The notes beneath the pieces are model-generated. The model was not told the origin of the DNA, searched no databases, and saw only the letters and a program-made list of their open reading frames with translations. From the NCBI GenBank assembly GCA_951406725.2, contig OX597817.1, forward strand, positions 110,236,001 through 110,300,000: a DNA stretch of 64,000 nucleotides. The letters run 5' to 3'. This DNA comes from Octopus vulgaris. Taxonomy: Eukaryota. The stretch's first letter is position 1. The number at the start of each line of letters is the position of its first letter. Below are positions 49,140-62,179 of this stretch, piece after piece. The position numbers were made by a program, and so were the translations under genes.

Positions 49140-52100
49140 ATTACCAGATAACTTTCACCTAATTCTTCTAAATGTTTATGTTGAAACTGTATTGAAACCA
49201 TTTGTGGGGAATTTTTCTATCACAGCTACTAGTCGCTCACTACAAAGTTTAACGGAACCTACTGAAGCAAGCCAGCACGCTCGCAGCATTATCACGGGCG
49301 ATGGCGAGGCAAATGCGTTAGGAAAGCCAAGCGCCCTCGTCGGCATCACCAGACACTTGGGTGAGGCAGGCTGATAACGTTGACAAGAACTTCACGGTTA
49401 GTGGCCCACTCCCTCCGAACGTCTCAAACGCCACGAGTTGGAAGTGATAGTTCAGCCATTACTTCAGGGTTCATTTCCGTTCGGCTATGGAAGCAGTGAC
49501 CTTATTAACTGCAGGTTCCAGCAAAGGAATCGCAGACTGTGGTGTCCCAAATGAGGCACCTACCTCTACCCAGGGACAGAGGGTAAGATCATCTGGTCTC
49601 TTTCCATCACTTCTGGATAACCCTGGCGGCGCCAGAACGGAGGCGATATTAATTCGAGCCAGGGCCCGCTTAATGATTAGGTTTAGCTCAGTGTGACGAG
49701 CGAAGCGACCAGCATTTAGGCTGCAAGACAGACTGCGAAGACCTGTGGGTTCGAGGGGCCTACCACAGCGGCAGACCTATAGACGTCAGTTCCCACTCTG
49801 AGTGCGATGGAAATGCGAAGTTCAGATTGATCAAGGAGAGAGTTGAAAGTGACACCTGAAGGCAGATTGTCCCATACTCTCTATTTCTGTCAATCCTCCA
49901 CTGTAACCGGAACTAACAAACCCAGCTCTCTCCACTGTGATAGAGCTTCATCCATCTCCCTGTTGGAATTAGTCCTTGTTGGAGAGGAGAGGATGTTGCC
50001 TACCAAAGGGAAGCTAGCGTGGATGGAGGAAAGAAAACATGGAAGAGATAAAGACGAGCACTTGCGCAAACCTAGACATCCCAGACCATTAGGTCAAAGC
50101 AGCTTGCTCGCGGAAGTCTGGGGAGAGTTTGACATTGACCAAGTATTTGAGTTTCCTGAAGATTTGGTCGTCAAAGTATTGGAGGGACAACTAGAATCTG
50201 TAAGAGGGACTAACTCTCAGAAAATACAATAGCTTAGGAATTGACAAATAATTCTTAAGTATAAAAAATCCTTGAATGGGCTCAGTTATTTCAAGGTTTT
50301 TTAAAAGTTGTTCGAGGTTAGCTAATTCGGATCTAAAGATGGACTCGAAAGCTAGGTCAGTAATTGGGGTTCCAAGGGAGTACCACGCTGATGAAAGAAG
50401 AATCGTGATTGGGGGGAGGGTGTCTACAAATAGTCTAGTAGTCTGCTCATGCGAAAGCTGGGTGGTTGAGAAGCCAGAGCTCGCATTTGGAGCTGTTAAC
50501 GCTAAGATCTCTACGACCTCTCAAGCAAGCATCATCGGGGTACCAGACATTTAGGTCTAGGTCGGCTCCCATCTTGGTGACATTATCAATACCCAATGCG
50601 AATAAGGCTGGACAAAGTGGATCACCCTGTTGGACTTCAGAGGCAGATGGAATGAGGTGGTCACCAAACGAGAGGTAGGAGGGCTCAGTGCGCAGAGGAT
50701 GATGTCTCGACTGATGGAGTTAAAAAGCATTCTCAAGATCTAGTTGAGGATGACCTTTGGGGACTCAGGGGGCAGGTTGGAGAAAGTCCTGATGGCATGA
50801 GTCTCACAACCTGGCTTAGTACCCACTAGTTGAATAGGAGAAAATTCCTTAGTCAGGCAGTTAGAAACTGAGGATAGGTACACTTTTGCTGTGAGCCGTC
50901 GCAGAATATAACCAACTGCTATGGTACGGAGGTCACCGTTGAGTTTGGTGAGACCAAATATTTGGCGCCACAGAACAGAGGACTAATGTAGGTAAGGGCA
51001 CTCTCGACAGAGAACAAGTTTATGAACTGTATTTGGTTCTCCAAGAGTTCGAGCCCAGCATCACCAGCTGACAGGGAGATACCATCCTTGAGATGCTGAG
51101 GTCGTAAGCCATCGATCCCATCGCCAGAACCCGCCGGGAAAGAGGAAATTGCTCTCCGGGTATTGTCAGGAGTGAAGACGGGTTGTAGAAAACTTAGTGG
51201 GTCCGGCCAGTGTAGGTAATCATCTGGAGGGGCCGGAGGATGTTTCTCCTTCAGTTGGTTGAGGGAATCTGTGGTACACAGGACGAGGGAGGACAGAGAG
51301 GAAAGAAGGCGAACAGCCCCTTTAATGTCAAATTCGCTGAATTTTGCATTAACAGCCTTCTTTAAGTTAGGTAGTCGACCATTGTTCGGGGTTGAGATAA
51401 ACAGTGGTTGGGGTAGATTCGAACAGCTCGAACTGCCGTTTCAGGGAAGAAGTGAGGGATCCACTATTCCCATTCGTTATGTGGAGAGAGACCAAACGGA
51501 ACAGGAACAGTTTCTGCCAATCCGAGATGTTGTTGGATAAGCAGACGTTCTTCAACAGTTTCGAGAGAACACGGGCGAAACAAGTCCGAGCACCCTTAGA
51601 GATCTAATTTGGCGAGCTTCGGCTTGGACAAACCCTGGAAGGCAGCGGCAAAATTTTCAACAGGGATCTGGACTTCAAGGTAAGGTTCTGTCCTACTAAG
51701 GATGTCAGAGCTGAAGTGATATCGGCTGCATTTTCCAGTTAGAAAAAACCTTCGACCTGAAACTTAGTAATAGCGACTTGAAACAGGTGTAGAGAATACA
51801 ACTTGGAGGTGAACTGGTAGTATCAGTGGGGTCAGCGTTAGAATTAGAATTCAGACGAAGAGAGGGTGGTAGTGAGGGAAGAATGTCGCTGGAGGTGGGG
51901 TGGGGTAGCTGAATGAACAACATTAACTCTGGTGGTGGGATTCGGATAGGGTGCAGGAGGCGATGCAGGTAGGCTGACTTTAACGGGATTAGTGGGGGTG
52001 AATAAGGGGAGGTGGGAAAAGGTTAGTGATGGAAGTAGAGAGGGGAACTGAATGAAGGGCGTTAATACTGGCGGTGTGGTTCGGCTGAGGTGCAGGAAGT

Positions 52101-52450
52101 GATGGCGGTGGCTAACTATTACGGGAGTTGTGAGGTAATTAAAGGGACAATCAGGACTAATACCGGCTGAATCTGACGATGGAAGGGCTTAGGGGAGAGA
52201 TACGGGGGGTACGTGTTAACTCGGAAGAGGTAGGGAACAAGAGGACGAAAGCTGGTAGGGTATGACGAAATCGTTTAACCATGCCGGTCCCTTGGTTACT
52301 CGTTTCATAGCTTGGGAGTTCTTGATTAATCTTACTTTGTTTTTCCTCCCCTTCAACAGACCGCCAATGCAAAGTCCAGCGAGGCCATCGTGTAGCAGAA
52401 GTGCGATAATAGAAAAGTGGAGGCATTAAAACATTGGAGAGAAAATGGAA
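49140..52450 (-). mobile_element. CRE-like non-LTR retrotransposon (RT plus REL), pseudogenised
   Basis: VQQGDPLCPALFAL, NVWYPDDAC (YxDD), VCRCG..LSC, GRFARHTELNLIIKRAL..PPGLSRSDGKRPDDLTL; GC-richer than flanks; boundaries approximate. Confidence 0.8.
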
Positions 52451-53913
52451 CTGAAGAATTTGAGGTGTAGCAGAATTAAACAGCAGGGGGGGGGTATCAA
52501 GAAATAAGTAAACACTAAAATACGAAAAGGAACTGAAGAAAATTACAAAAGTTTAAAAAAAGAAGTGGTGAAAGTGGGAAAGAAGGAAAAGGAATAAAAG
52601 TTACTAAGATTATAGGATACAAAAGCAATGTATAAGCACCGACATTCATAAGCGTCACGTCAGTTCTTTTTTTTTTTTTTTTAACTGTTTCTTTCACTGC
52701 TACCTCCGTGCTTGCAGCTCTTGCCACGGGATTTAAGCTAGCCATTACGGCTTTTTGCAAAAGTTTGAGGGCAGCAACGGAGAATAATCTTCATCATCCT
52801 TGTCAACACCAATTATTATTAAAATTAAAAGGAAATATAAAAGGAGAAAGGGGCTCTCTACCCTTCTTTTGACCAGGCCCCCGTGGCTTTTATGAGTTTT
52901 TCCACGAGTAACCTTTCAAAGCGCCACCCCTATTGGGAGTTTTAATTGTTACTTACATTTCGTTGTTATCCTGCTTTTGTACACGGACTTTTTCAAACGG
53001 ACAAAACCCTTTGTAACTTTCGTCTTGTTTTATCCCTTTATATTTTAATTGATTTTTGTTAGCCCTTGTGGCCAATAAACGAACGAATTATTATTATTAT
53101 TATTATTATTATTAATTTAAGTAATTGAAATACTGTGTGATCAGTGTTTGTTTTGCTTGTGAGTGGCTTCTATAAACAGGAGTGTGTATATGTGTAGAGA
53201 TGGAAATGCTTACGTGATTTGTGTTTGTGCTTACAGTACTTCTTAGTAAAACCAAGAGAGACCCTAAACCTTCGAACAAAAACCGGTGACCTTGACCGAA
53301 CCGCAAAAACTGACGACATCGTACGCACCGTTGTAATAACTATTCGCACTCGGAAGCCATCTTACAAAGTGATTGAATGCCGTGCATATAGTGAAGATCA
53401 AGTACACCTTCGAACAACGAACCTTCCACAAATCCTGAATGAATATTGATGCTCAGTCGTCTCAATTACTGTTACATACAGTGCACAAAATTTTTTCCGT
53501 TGAAAAATTCAAATGTAGAGGTTTTTTATTGCCGATTTTCCAGTTTGAGTGAATTTTGTGTATTGATGTAGTTTTCTATGCTACTTATGGAATCGAAATT
53601 CCTTTTTGCCTTAAATTAATGAATAAAAAGTTAATGACTTTTAAAGCTTACAAATTTGGGGTAAACTTAATAAATCGAAAGCCACAGACATATAGGTGTC
53701 TGTTTCCATAGTAACAAGTCAAGCTGTTGTATATTCTGCCTTTTGTATATCATTCAGAAATTGAAAACTGAAGAGGATGCATTATTTACATTCAACTTGT
53801 TTGTTGTTAACACGTTTGATATACCCTCCAGTCTTCTTCAGGTGTCTTGGGGGAAATTTCGAACCTGGGTTCTCATTCCTAAAGTATTTTTTCAATATTA
53901 TTATTATTATTCA

Positions 53914-56664
53914 GTAGTTTTATTTTTATAGCGTGCTTTCACTTCACTACCGAGCGCAGCTCTGTGTGCCTTGGGTATGTGCTGTGATTTGTTGTGATGC
54001 TCTGATGGTTATTGTATGGAAAGTGTTCTGCGTAGGATGTGTGCAGTGCCTAGTAGTGCAATTCTGTATGTTATATGTGTTTGTAAGTCCTGGTGTTTTT
54101 GTTATGTATTTGTCTGAATATTTTTTATCGTGCCTAATGCACCTACTATGATAGGAATTGTTTCTGTTTTCAGGTTCCACATTCTAGTTACCTCTATTTC
54201 CAGGTCTTTGTATTTTGAGAGTTTCTCCATTTCTTTTAGAGAATCGTTGTCATCTGCCGGTATTGATACATCAATTAGAAAGCATTTTTTTTCTTCATGA
54301 TCTCTGACAACTATATCTGGTCTGTTGGCCTTAATTTCTCTATCTGTGTGTATCGGCATATCCCAGAGTATGGTTGCTTTCTCGTTTTCTGTGACCTTTT
54401 CTGGTGTGTGCCTATACCATCTTTTTTCTGTTGTTATTCCATAATGTTGGCATAGCTTCCAATGTATGTAGGTTCCAACTCTGTCATGTCTGTGAATATA
54501 TTCTTCTTAGCCAGGACTGGGCAGCTAGAGATAATATGATTTATTGTTTCTTGTCCATCTCCACATATTCTGCAGTTACTTGTAATATTTATTTTCATTA
54601 CATGTTTTTGGTAATTTCTGGTGAGGAGGCTTTGGTCTTGTGCTGCAATTAAAAATCCCTCTGTTTCTGCTTTGAGTCCTGAGCTTCTCAACCATTGCTG
54701 GGATTTTTCTTTGTCTATTTCTTTTGCGTTTAGTTTAGTGCAGTATTTACCATGAAGGGGTTTTTCTTGCCATCGTTTTATCATGGCTCGTTGCTGTTCT
54801 ATTTTTAGTTTGGATTTCATTTGTTTTATAGCTTTTGTTGTTTCTTCATCATCTTCTTCTTCTTCTTTGTGTTTATTAGGTGGTATGATTTCTTGTTTGT
54901 ATTTGTCAGCTTCCTTAAATACTGAGAACAGTTTTTTGTTTTGCTCGTGTTTTGCTGCTATCTGGATCAGTTTTCCTTCCTTCTGAAGTAGGTATTTTTG
55001 CAGTCCTTTGGTGGTTATTTTATAGTAGTTTTCCAGCTGTATAAGGCCTCTACCACCTTCTATACGTTGTATATATAGTCTTTCTATGTCAGATTTTGGG
55101 TGATGCATCCTAGATCCTGTCAGTATTTTTCTTGTTTTCCTATCTATTTTGGACAGTTCATTTCGTGTCCAGTTAAGGATATTGTAGCTGTAACTTATAA
55201 CTGGGACAGCTAAAGTGTTGATACCTATTATCTTGTTTTTAGCATTGAGCTCTGTTTTTAGTATTGATCTAACTCGTCTATAATATTCTTTTTCTATTTT
55301 CTCTTTCATTTGTGTGTGTTGTGTCTTACCTAGTTCATGGATTCCTAAGTATTTGTAAGTTTGGCTTTGGTCTAATTCTTTTATTTCATTGGTTTTATCT
55401 AGCGTGATGTTGTTACTCTTAACTAGTTTTCCTCTTTTCATGGTTACTTTGGCGCATTTTTCTAATCCAAATTTCATATCTATTTCTTTGGTAAATCCAT
55501 GAACTGTCTTTAATAGTGTTTCCAGCTGTTTGTCATTTGCAGCGTATAGTTTTAGGTCATCCATATATAAAAGGTGGCTGATCGTTTTGCCGTAGCATTT
55601 ATATCCGCATCCAGTTCTATTTAGCATATCAGATAGAGGTGACAGTGCCAAGCAGAAAAGGAGTGGAGAGAGTGTGTCTCCCTGGAATATTCCTCTTCTA
55701 ATGGGGATGTCTTTGGTTTTCATGAGTCCCTCTTTTGTTTGGAGGTGTAGGACTGTTTGCCATTTATTCATAGAGTGCTCTATGAATTTTATGATTGTTG
55801 GTGCTACTTTGTTAATGGCTAGTGTTTCGAGGATCCATGTGTGGGGGATGCTATCAAACGCCTTTTTGTAGTCAATCCAGGCCATACTGAGGCCTTTCTT
55901 CTTTCTGTGGCTGTCTTCAGTTACGGCTTTATTAATCATTAGTTGATCTTTACAGCCATATGAGCCCTTGCGGCATCCTTTCTGCTCTTCTGGGAACAGT
56001 TTGTTTTCGTCCAGGTGCTTGTTCAGCCTTTGCGATATCACTGCAGTAAATGCCTTGAACATAGTAGGGAGGCAGGTTATTGGTCTGTAGTTTTCTGGTT
56101 TTGTTGTTTCATTTGATTTGGGAATTAAGATGGTTTTCCCCTTCGTGAGCCATTCAGGCATTGTCTCTGGCTCTGCTAGTATGCTGTTAAAGTTTTCAGC
56201 CAGCTTTTTGTGCATTCCTGTTAGATATTTCAACCAGAAGTTGGGGATCTTGTCATACCCAGGTGTCTTCCAGTTGCTTAGTTTTTGCAGTGCCTGGGTG
56301 ACCTCTTCAGTTGTTATGGGGGTCCAAAGTTGTTCAGATGCCGAGTTTGTTATTTTCATACTCCTTTTTTTTGGCTGTTCGTTCGCCGACCATATTTCTT
56401 TCCAGAATTCTTCCAATTCTTCTGCCGTTGGTGCTGCAGTGACTTCTATTTTATTTTTGCCCAGTTCTTGGTAGAACTTTTGGGGTCGGAGTTGAACTTT
56501 TTGTTCTGTTCAAAGAAGCGTTGGCGTTTCTCGTACCGGCGGATCCTTTGAGCTTTGGCAAGGATATCTTGCTTCAGCTTTTCTTTTATCTCCGGCAAAT
56601 CTTTTTCTGTGATGTTATATTTGCGGAGCATTTTTGTTCTCTTTTTGTTGCTCAGTAGCGTTGC
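53914..56664 (-). mobile_element. Dong/R4-clade non-LTR retrotransposon, 5'-truncated, inserted in (TAA)n
   Basis: 660-aa ORF 54434-56416 with NYRPITCL, WIDYKKAFDS, GIFQGDTLSP, HLLYMDDLK, CRIC..ETINHIISSC; REL NRPDIVV..LIDVSIP in a shifted frame; (TAA)n on both sides. Confidence 0.93.
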
Positions 56665-56698
56665 TTATTATTATTATTATTATTATTATTGTTGTTCA

Positions 56699-56771
56699 GG
56701 TCACTACTTGGAATCGAACTCGGAATCTTGGGGTTAGTAACCCGCGCTCTTAACCACTACGCCATATGCCC
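56699..56771 (-). mobile_element. tRNA-derived Pol III head of the element interrupted by Dong
   Basis: GGGCATA-TGGCGTAGTGG(A box)-TTAAGAGCGCGGGTTACTAACCCCAAGATTCC-GAGTTCGATTCC(B box); acceptor stem does not pair, so not a functional tRNA. Confidence 0.75.
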
Positions 56772-57491
56772 ACAGACATATTGCAAATAATGTAAATAAT
56801 GCACATAATTCCCCATCTCTTAAATATAGAACTGCATTATGGAAGATGATGCAGTTGAGCGGGAAGACCTATGATCAAAAGGTGCATTCTAATGCACAGT
56901 TTTCCAAAAAAAAAAATCTGGAACTAGTGAATAACAATATCAGATTCAGTGTGAAAAATTACTCGGAGTACCTCTCACAAAATTCGACACTAAAGATGTT
57001 CACTTCTTTCATGAATACCATTATCTAGTAGCAAGGATTGACAGATAGTAAAGCGTTATGGGCTGCCCTCATCCGTGTGTGGGAAAGTAATGTCTATTTT
57101 TGGTTGTATAGGTGCGGAAAATGATTTATGATTGGCTGAATTATTGCTGACGTAGAGAAAGAGAAATAATGGAGGGAAAGTTAAAAACAATAAACACAGG
57201 CAGTGGCGATGACGGTCACGTGTAATAGCAAGAGTAAACAACAAAAGAGCAGGCGGCTAGAGCGGCGGCGGTGGTGGTGATGGTGCCGCCGGTCAAAAAT
57301 ACACAAAAGCTTTCTCTGAATCGCTTATTTTGGATTTGCATTGTAAAAATCCGGCAAAAGTAAAATAATAATAAATAAACACACACACATACACGTGTAT
57401 TTTATTCTTTTACTGGTTTCAGTCATTCGAGTGAGACCCTGCCGAGGCCTTGAAGAGTATAGTCGATTAAACTGACCTCAATACTTAGTTT

Positions 57492-57698
57492 GGTACTATT
57501 TAAGAAGTGTGGTCCCGGTGCGCGCATCCACGCTAGCTATTCGTGACTAGTCGATCCTACAACGACTACCTAGCAAGGTAAATAAAACACAAAATAAATA
57601 ATATTTTTACACAAAGTAAATAATTTTTTAAAATAAAGTAAATAAAACACAAAGTAAGGATCGACTAGTCACGACTAGCTAGCTTCTTAAATAGTACC
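57492..57698. mobile_element. Merlin-like MITE with 8-bp TSD inserted in a SINE
   Basis: CTTAGTTT|GGTACTATTTAAGAAG ... CTTCTTAAATAGTACC|CTTAGTTT plus sub-terminal inverted GCTAGCTA..TCGTGACTAGTCGATCCT. Confidence 0.85.
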
Positions 57699-57887
57699 CT
57701 TAGTTTGAAGTTCTGGCGATAGTTACTGTATTCTCTTTTTTGTCGGACTGCTAATTTACAGGAACGTAAACAAACAAACATCAGTTATCAACACACACAC
57801 ACACATATGTACATGTGTGTTATACTTGGGGATGGTCTTATTTTGCCAATTAAACACACGCTATATTATTCTTATTTTCATTTCTTT

Positions 57888-57930
57888 GTCAAAGTACTTT
57901 CGTCACACATCTTGTGACCTTTTCAACGAC
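57888..57930 (-). ncRNA. Minimal hammerhead relic
   Basis: GTCG-TTGAAAA-GGTCACAAGATGTGTGAC-GAAA-GTAC-TT-TGAC: stem II GTCAC/GTGAC, palindromic stem III; CUGANGA decayed. Confidence 0.5.
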
Positions 57931-58519
57931 TCTCTGTTTTGTATGTTTCCTCTTATTCTGCTAATTCCATTCTGTCTTTCTGTGGTATGTATCCCTATCT
58001 GCGGATGCGTTTGCATGTCTGTGTGTCCACGCGTGTGTATGCGTGCTTAGTATGTGTTTTGTGTGCGTGTATATGGGTTCGCCTGTTATATTGTATGTAC
58101 CCTTGTCTTTCATTCATTTTTCTTCTTTCTCATTCTGTCTTTAGTATGTGTATGTATGTTTTGTGTGTGTATGGATTTGTGTATTACACTGGTTGTATCT
58201 GTGTCCTTTTTCTCTCTCCTCATTCTGTCTTTAGTCGTCAGGTTGCGTAGTGTGATGGAATTATTATTCCATTCATGCTTTCTATTGAGGCTGCCTCTGT
58301 AATCTGCCTAAGAGTCGTGTCTATTCTATGTATTGATAATATCTAAACATCTATGTTATCAACCGAACTGCATGCTCTAATTGAGCTTTCCTCCTCCATG
58401 AGTTACTGCCTGTGTTCACTTATATTGTTGTCCTGTTTCTGTACCGTCCCTTTGTACACCTGATATTATAAACTATATTCCTATTTTACAATTTATCTGT
58501 GGGCAAACCAAACTGCTAT

Positions 58520-59310
58520 GCGCAGACATGAGTATAGCAGCTTGGAACGTACGCATACTCCTGGGCCACAAAAAGCATCCTGGGCGTAAAACAGTACTTA
58601 TAGCTCGTTTTCTGAAACAGTTCGAGACTAAATTTTTTTCTGAATTGGTAAATCATAGGCAGTAAAAAAAAGGAATCTTGGTATGAATTTCGTTACTAGT
58701 AATGGTATTGCATATAAACCAGAATTCTTACCAAATGGAAGAATGATCGTCTTATGTTATTGGGAAACCCAATTGGCCTACGCTAGTAAGTGCATACGCA
58801 CTAACAATTGGTTTTACAGATGCAGCTAAAGAAAAGCTCTGTTCCGATTTACGAATATCATTGAACCGAATTCTCAGTCAAGATAAGATTTTTCTTTTGG
58901 GAGATTTTAATCCCCGTGCTGGTTCAGATTACTTTTCTTGGCCAAATATACTTGGTAAGCATGGTCTGGGCAAAATGAACTCAAATGAACTCCTGTTAAT
59001 ATCTTTGTACTTTCTGTCTCCTATACACTTTTTTAATAATGCAATAAAAACAAAATAACTTGGTATCTTCCGAGATCAGGTTCATGATCATTTGACTGAC
59101 TAGGTGGTTGTCCGAAGCCGAGACAGAAATGATGTTAAATTATCACGTTCTTTTCATAAGGCGGATTGCTGGTCTGACCAAGCTATGGTTTGTAGTAAGA
59201 TGAAAATGAGACCAAAGCCGATCATAAAACAAAATCGTAAAAAATTCAAATTTGATATTTTCAAAGCTGAAAGTAGACAACAACAAAAATATTCCCACTT
59301 ATCCACTTGA
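58520..59310 (+). mobile_element. RTE-like LINE AP-endonuclease relic
   Basis: MSIAAWNVRIL, LVSAYA, IFLLGDFN, GKHGLGKMNSN, CWSDQ (SDH) motifs; disrupted. Confidence 0.8.
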
Positions 59311-62179
59311 TGAAAAGTTACATAATGTTACAGAGATGTACTTGCATAACGAGTGATCTGATCTGAGATCGTGTACCTGTGGTATGTGTCACACTTACTT
59401 CAAAGGAAGGAATTGCAAAGCGGGAGGGAGGAGGACAGAGAGGAAGTGAGAGAGAAAGAGAGAAAGTGAGTGGTGGCATTCGCTTTGTGTTTTTAAATGT
59501 TTATCACATCGCAAGAAAAGTTGATACACAGATACATACACGCATTGTTAAATTAAATGCGGGAGAGAGGAAGGACACAGAGAAAGTGAGGGAGACATAG
59601 ATCGAAAAAAGTTGATACAGAGAGACATAAACATATTGTTAAATCAAAGACAACTACAGCAAATATTGGATGTCACTTTCACTTTTCATTACCACACGAG
59701 GACAAAATTAACTCGCAAGTGGGTGAGTACTTCACCGACATGCATACTATTAACGTAGTTCTCAGGGAGATTCAGCTTCTCACAGAATGTGACAAGGCTG
59801 GCCCCTTTGAATTACAGCTACAACTCATTTTGACCAAATGAGTTGACTGGAGCAAGATAAACCTTTAAGTGGTTGGAAGCAAAACGAAAGAAGATCCTAT
59901 ATAGGAGCAGGAAAAACGTTTTGGTAGTTAGGATCACTATGGGTGTTAATCCGGTCCTACAGCGGCATTTGTGCGTGTCACAGATCTGGAGGCCAAGCCT
60001 TCAGTCAAAACCGATGCGCAGGCTGTTGTTATCAAACTGAGCGTGAGTCGAGGGCGAATACACAACGGAATAGCAATTATTTCGTCTTAGCTTTCACTAC
60101 TTACTAAACATGACATTTTTACCTTACAATATGGAACATTTCCTTTTCTTTCACTCTATTTAAAAAATGGCATCCGCCGGTTACGACGACGAGGTTCCTG
60201 TTTATCTGATCAACGGAACAGTCTGCTCGTAAAATTAACTCGCAAGTGGCTGAGTACTCCACAGGCATGCAAACTATAAGGAGATTCAGCCTCACGCAGA
60301 ATGTGACAAGGCTGGCCCCTTTGAATTACAGCTACAACTAATTTTTTGCCTGCTGAGTGCACTGCAGCACGGTGAAGTAGAGTACCTTGCTCAAGAACAC
60401 AGCGCGCCGCAGGGAATCGTACTCATGATCTTACGATCGCGGGCTGTATACTCCTAACCACTGAGCCACACACCTTCACTCTCTTAACCGTAGAGAAATG
60501 GAGTGAAGCGATAGCGACAGAAAAAGGAAAGCAGTGGTTAGGAGTATACAGCCCGCGATCGTAAAACCATGAGTACATATATATGTGTGTGTGTGTGTGT
60601 GCGTGCGTGCGTGCGTGTATGTGTGTGAATGTGTGTGTCCGTCCACCACCATTGCTTGACAACAGATGTTGGTGTGTTTGCATCCCCGTAACTTAGTTGT
60701 TCGGCGGAAGAGACTGGTAGAATAAGCACCAGGCTTACAGGAAATAAGTCCAAGGGTCGAATTCTTCGACTCCAGCGTGGCCACCGTCAACTGTAAAACT
60801 AGTAAAAGAATAAGAGAATACCAGAAGAACGTTCCGTACCACTCAACCAAGAAGGTTCTTTGAATATGTTAGCCTTAAGGCTAAATAGTAATTCTGTTAA
60901 CATTTGCATAACTGAGATATTTTGGTTGGATTATATAGTTATCGATTTTACACGTCTTTCTATATTCTGTAACTGTCACAATATAGAAACATTTCTCATG
61001 GCACCAGGACACAATTTACAGATGTTTACATTTTTTTAGATTTTCCGTGAATTTTTCACGGGTCCAACTAGTTATTATTATTATTATTATTAAACCGGCG
61101 AGGTCAACTTTGCCTTTCATCCTTTCGGGGTCGATAAATTAAGTACCAGTTAAGTACTAGAGTCGATGTGATTGGCTTACCCCCTCCACAAATTTCAGGC
61201 CTTGTGCCTATAGTAGAAACGATTATTAATTTTAGATGATGATGTTCTCAGGCTGTGAAGACATCTGATAATGACTCCGTTCAGAAGGCTGTAATATCAT
61301 TTGATAAAGGAACACGGTACAATGAATTCATAGAACAAAGCTGTAACTTTAAATACCTTTACTCTCGGTCTCAAATACATACCAGTTGAATAATAATGGA
61401 AAGAGATCATAAGTGAAGGGCCATGTTCATCTTCTGTGTACCACCTCATGTGCTTACTGTCTGCGTGTGTACGAGAGATAGCTAGGTCATGTCTTTGCTC
61501 TCCGACGTCTCGATGCGAAAAGAGGAAGAGCCAGAGATTCGTGTCAGAACCTAAACGCTACTTGCGCCATCTAGTCGCGAGCTTTTTTTTAAACAGCCGC
61601 TGTCAAGGGAGGTAACTGCGCCTACAGGTCTTCTCCCTTTAGACAGGTACAGGTCGAATAAGAGTAAGGTAAACGAAGAACGTGTGCAAATGAAGGGCAC
61701 ATAAGAATGTAACATGGCAAAACAGTTGTATGATCAATGCAAGAGTACAAATTGGGAAGAAACATGCAGGAAAATGTCTGTTCTTGCAGAACTATGACAA
61801 AACAATTGAAAAATACAATGCAAGTATGTACAAGGGAAAAACGTTCAGCAAAGAAAGGTATTCAATCAAGTAGAACAAAATATGCATGCACAATGACACA
61901 GAAAGATTGTAAATATGAATGCGGTGTCATATAATACCTCATGCACCGGCTGGCAGCCTCAGCCTTACTGCATTAATCACTGGCATATTCAATACTGAAC
62001 ACTATATTTTATGCATCTATTCCCTTGTTTTGCAATACGTCTGCGTCAGCTCAATTCTTCTCCCGACTCATGGCACGTCGGATGATCACATGCTCTGCGT
62101 TCATGTTTAGACATAATTTCCACCTGTTAGACCCCGGTTTAGTCACGTAATTAACAGAGAAAATTATCTGTCTCGCGCA

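Noticed and set aside
56699-56771. Functional tRNA gene
   Set aside because: A/B boxes present but acceptor stem unpaired, and it runs into a (TAA)n and repeat body; treated as a SINE-type head
57056-57244. 62-aa ORF with a hydrophobic stretch
   Set aside because: Non-ATG start, no convincing splice sites or homology; may be regulatory DNA but unsupported
61563-61577. CTCF-like motif (reverse complement ACTAGATGGCGC)
   Set aside because: Single short motif within probable LTR debris; cannot be supported from sequence alone
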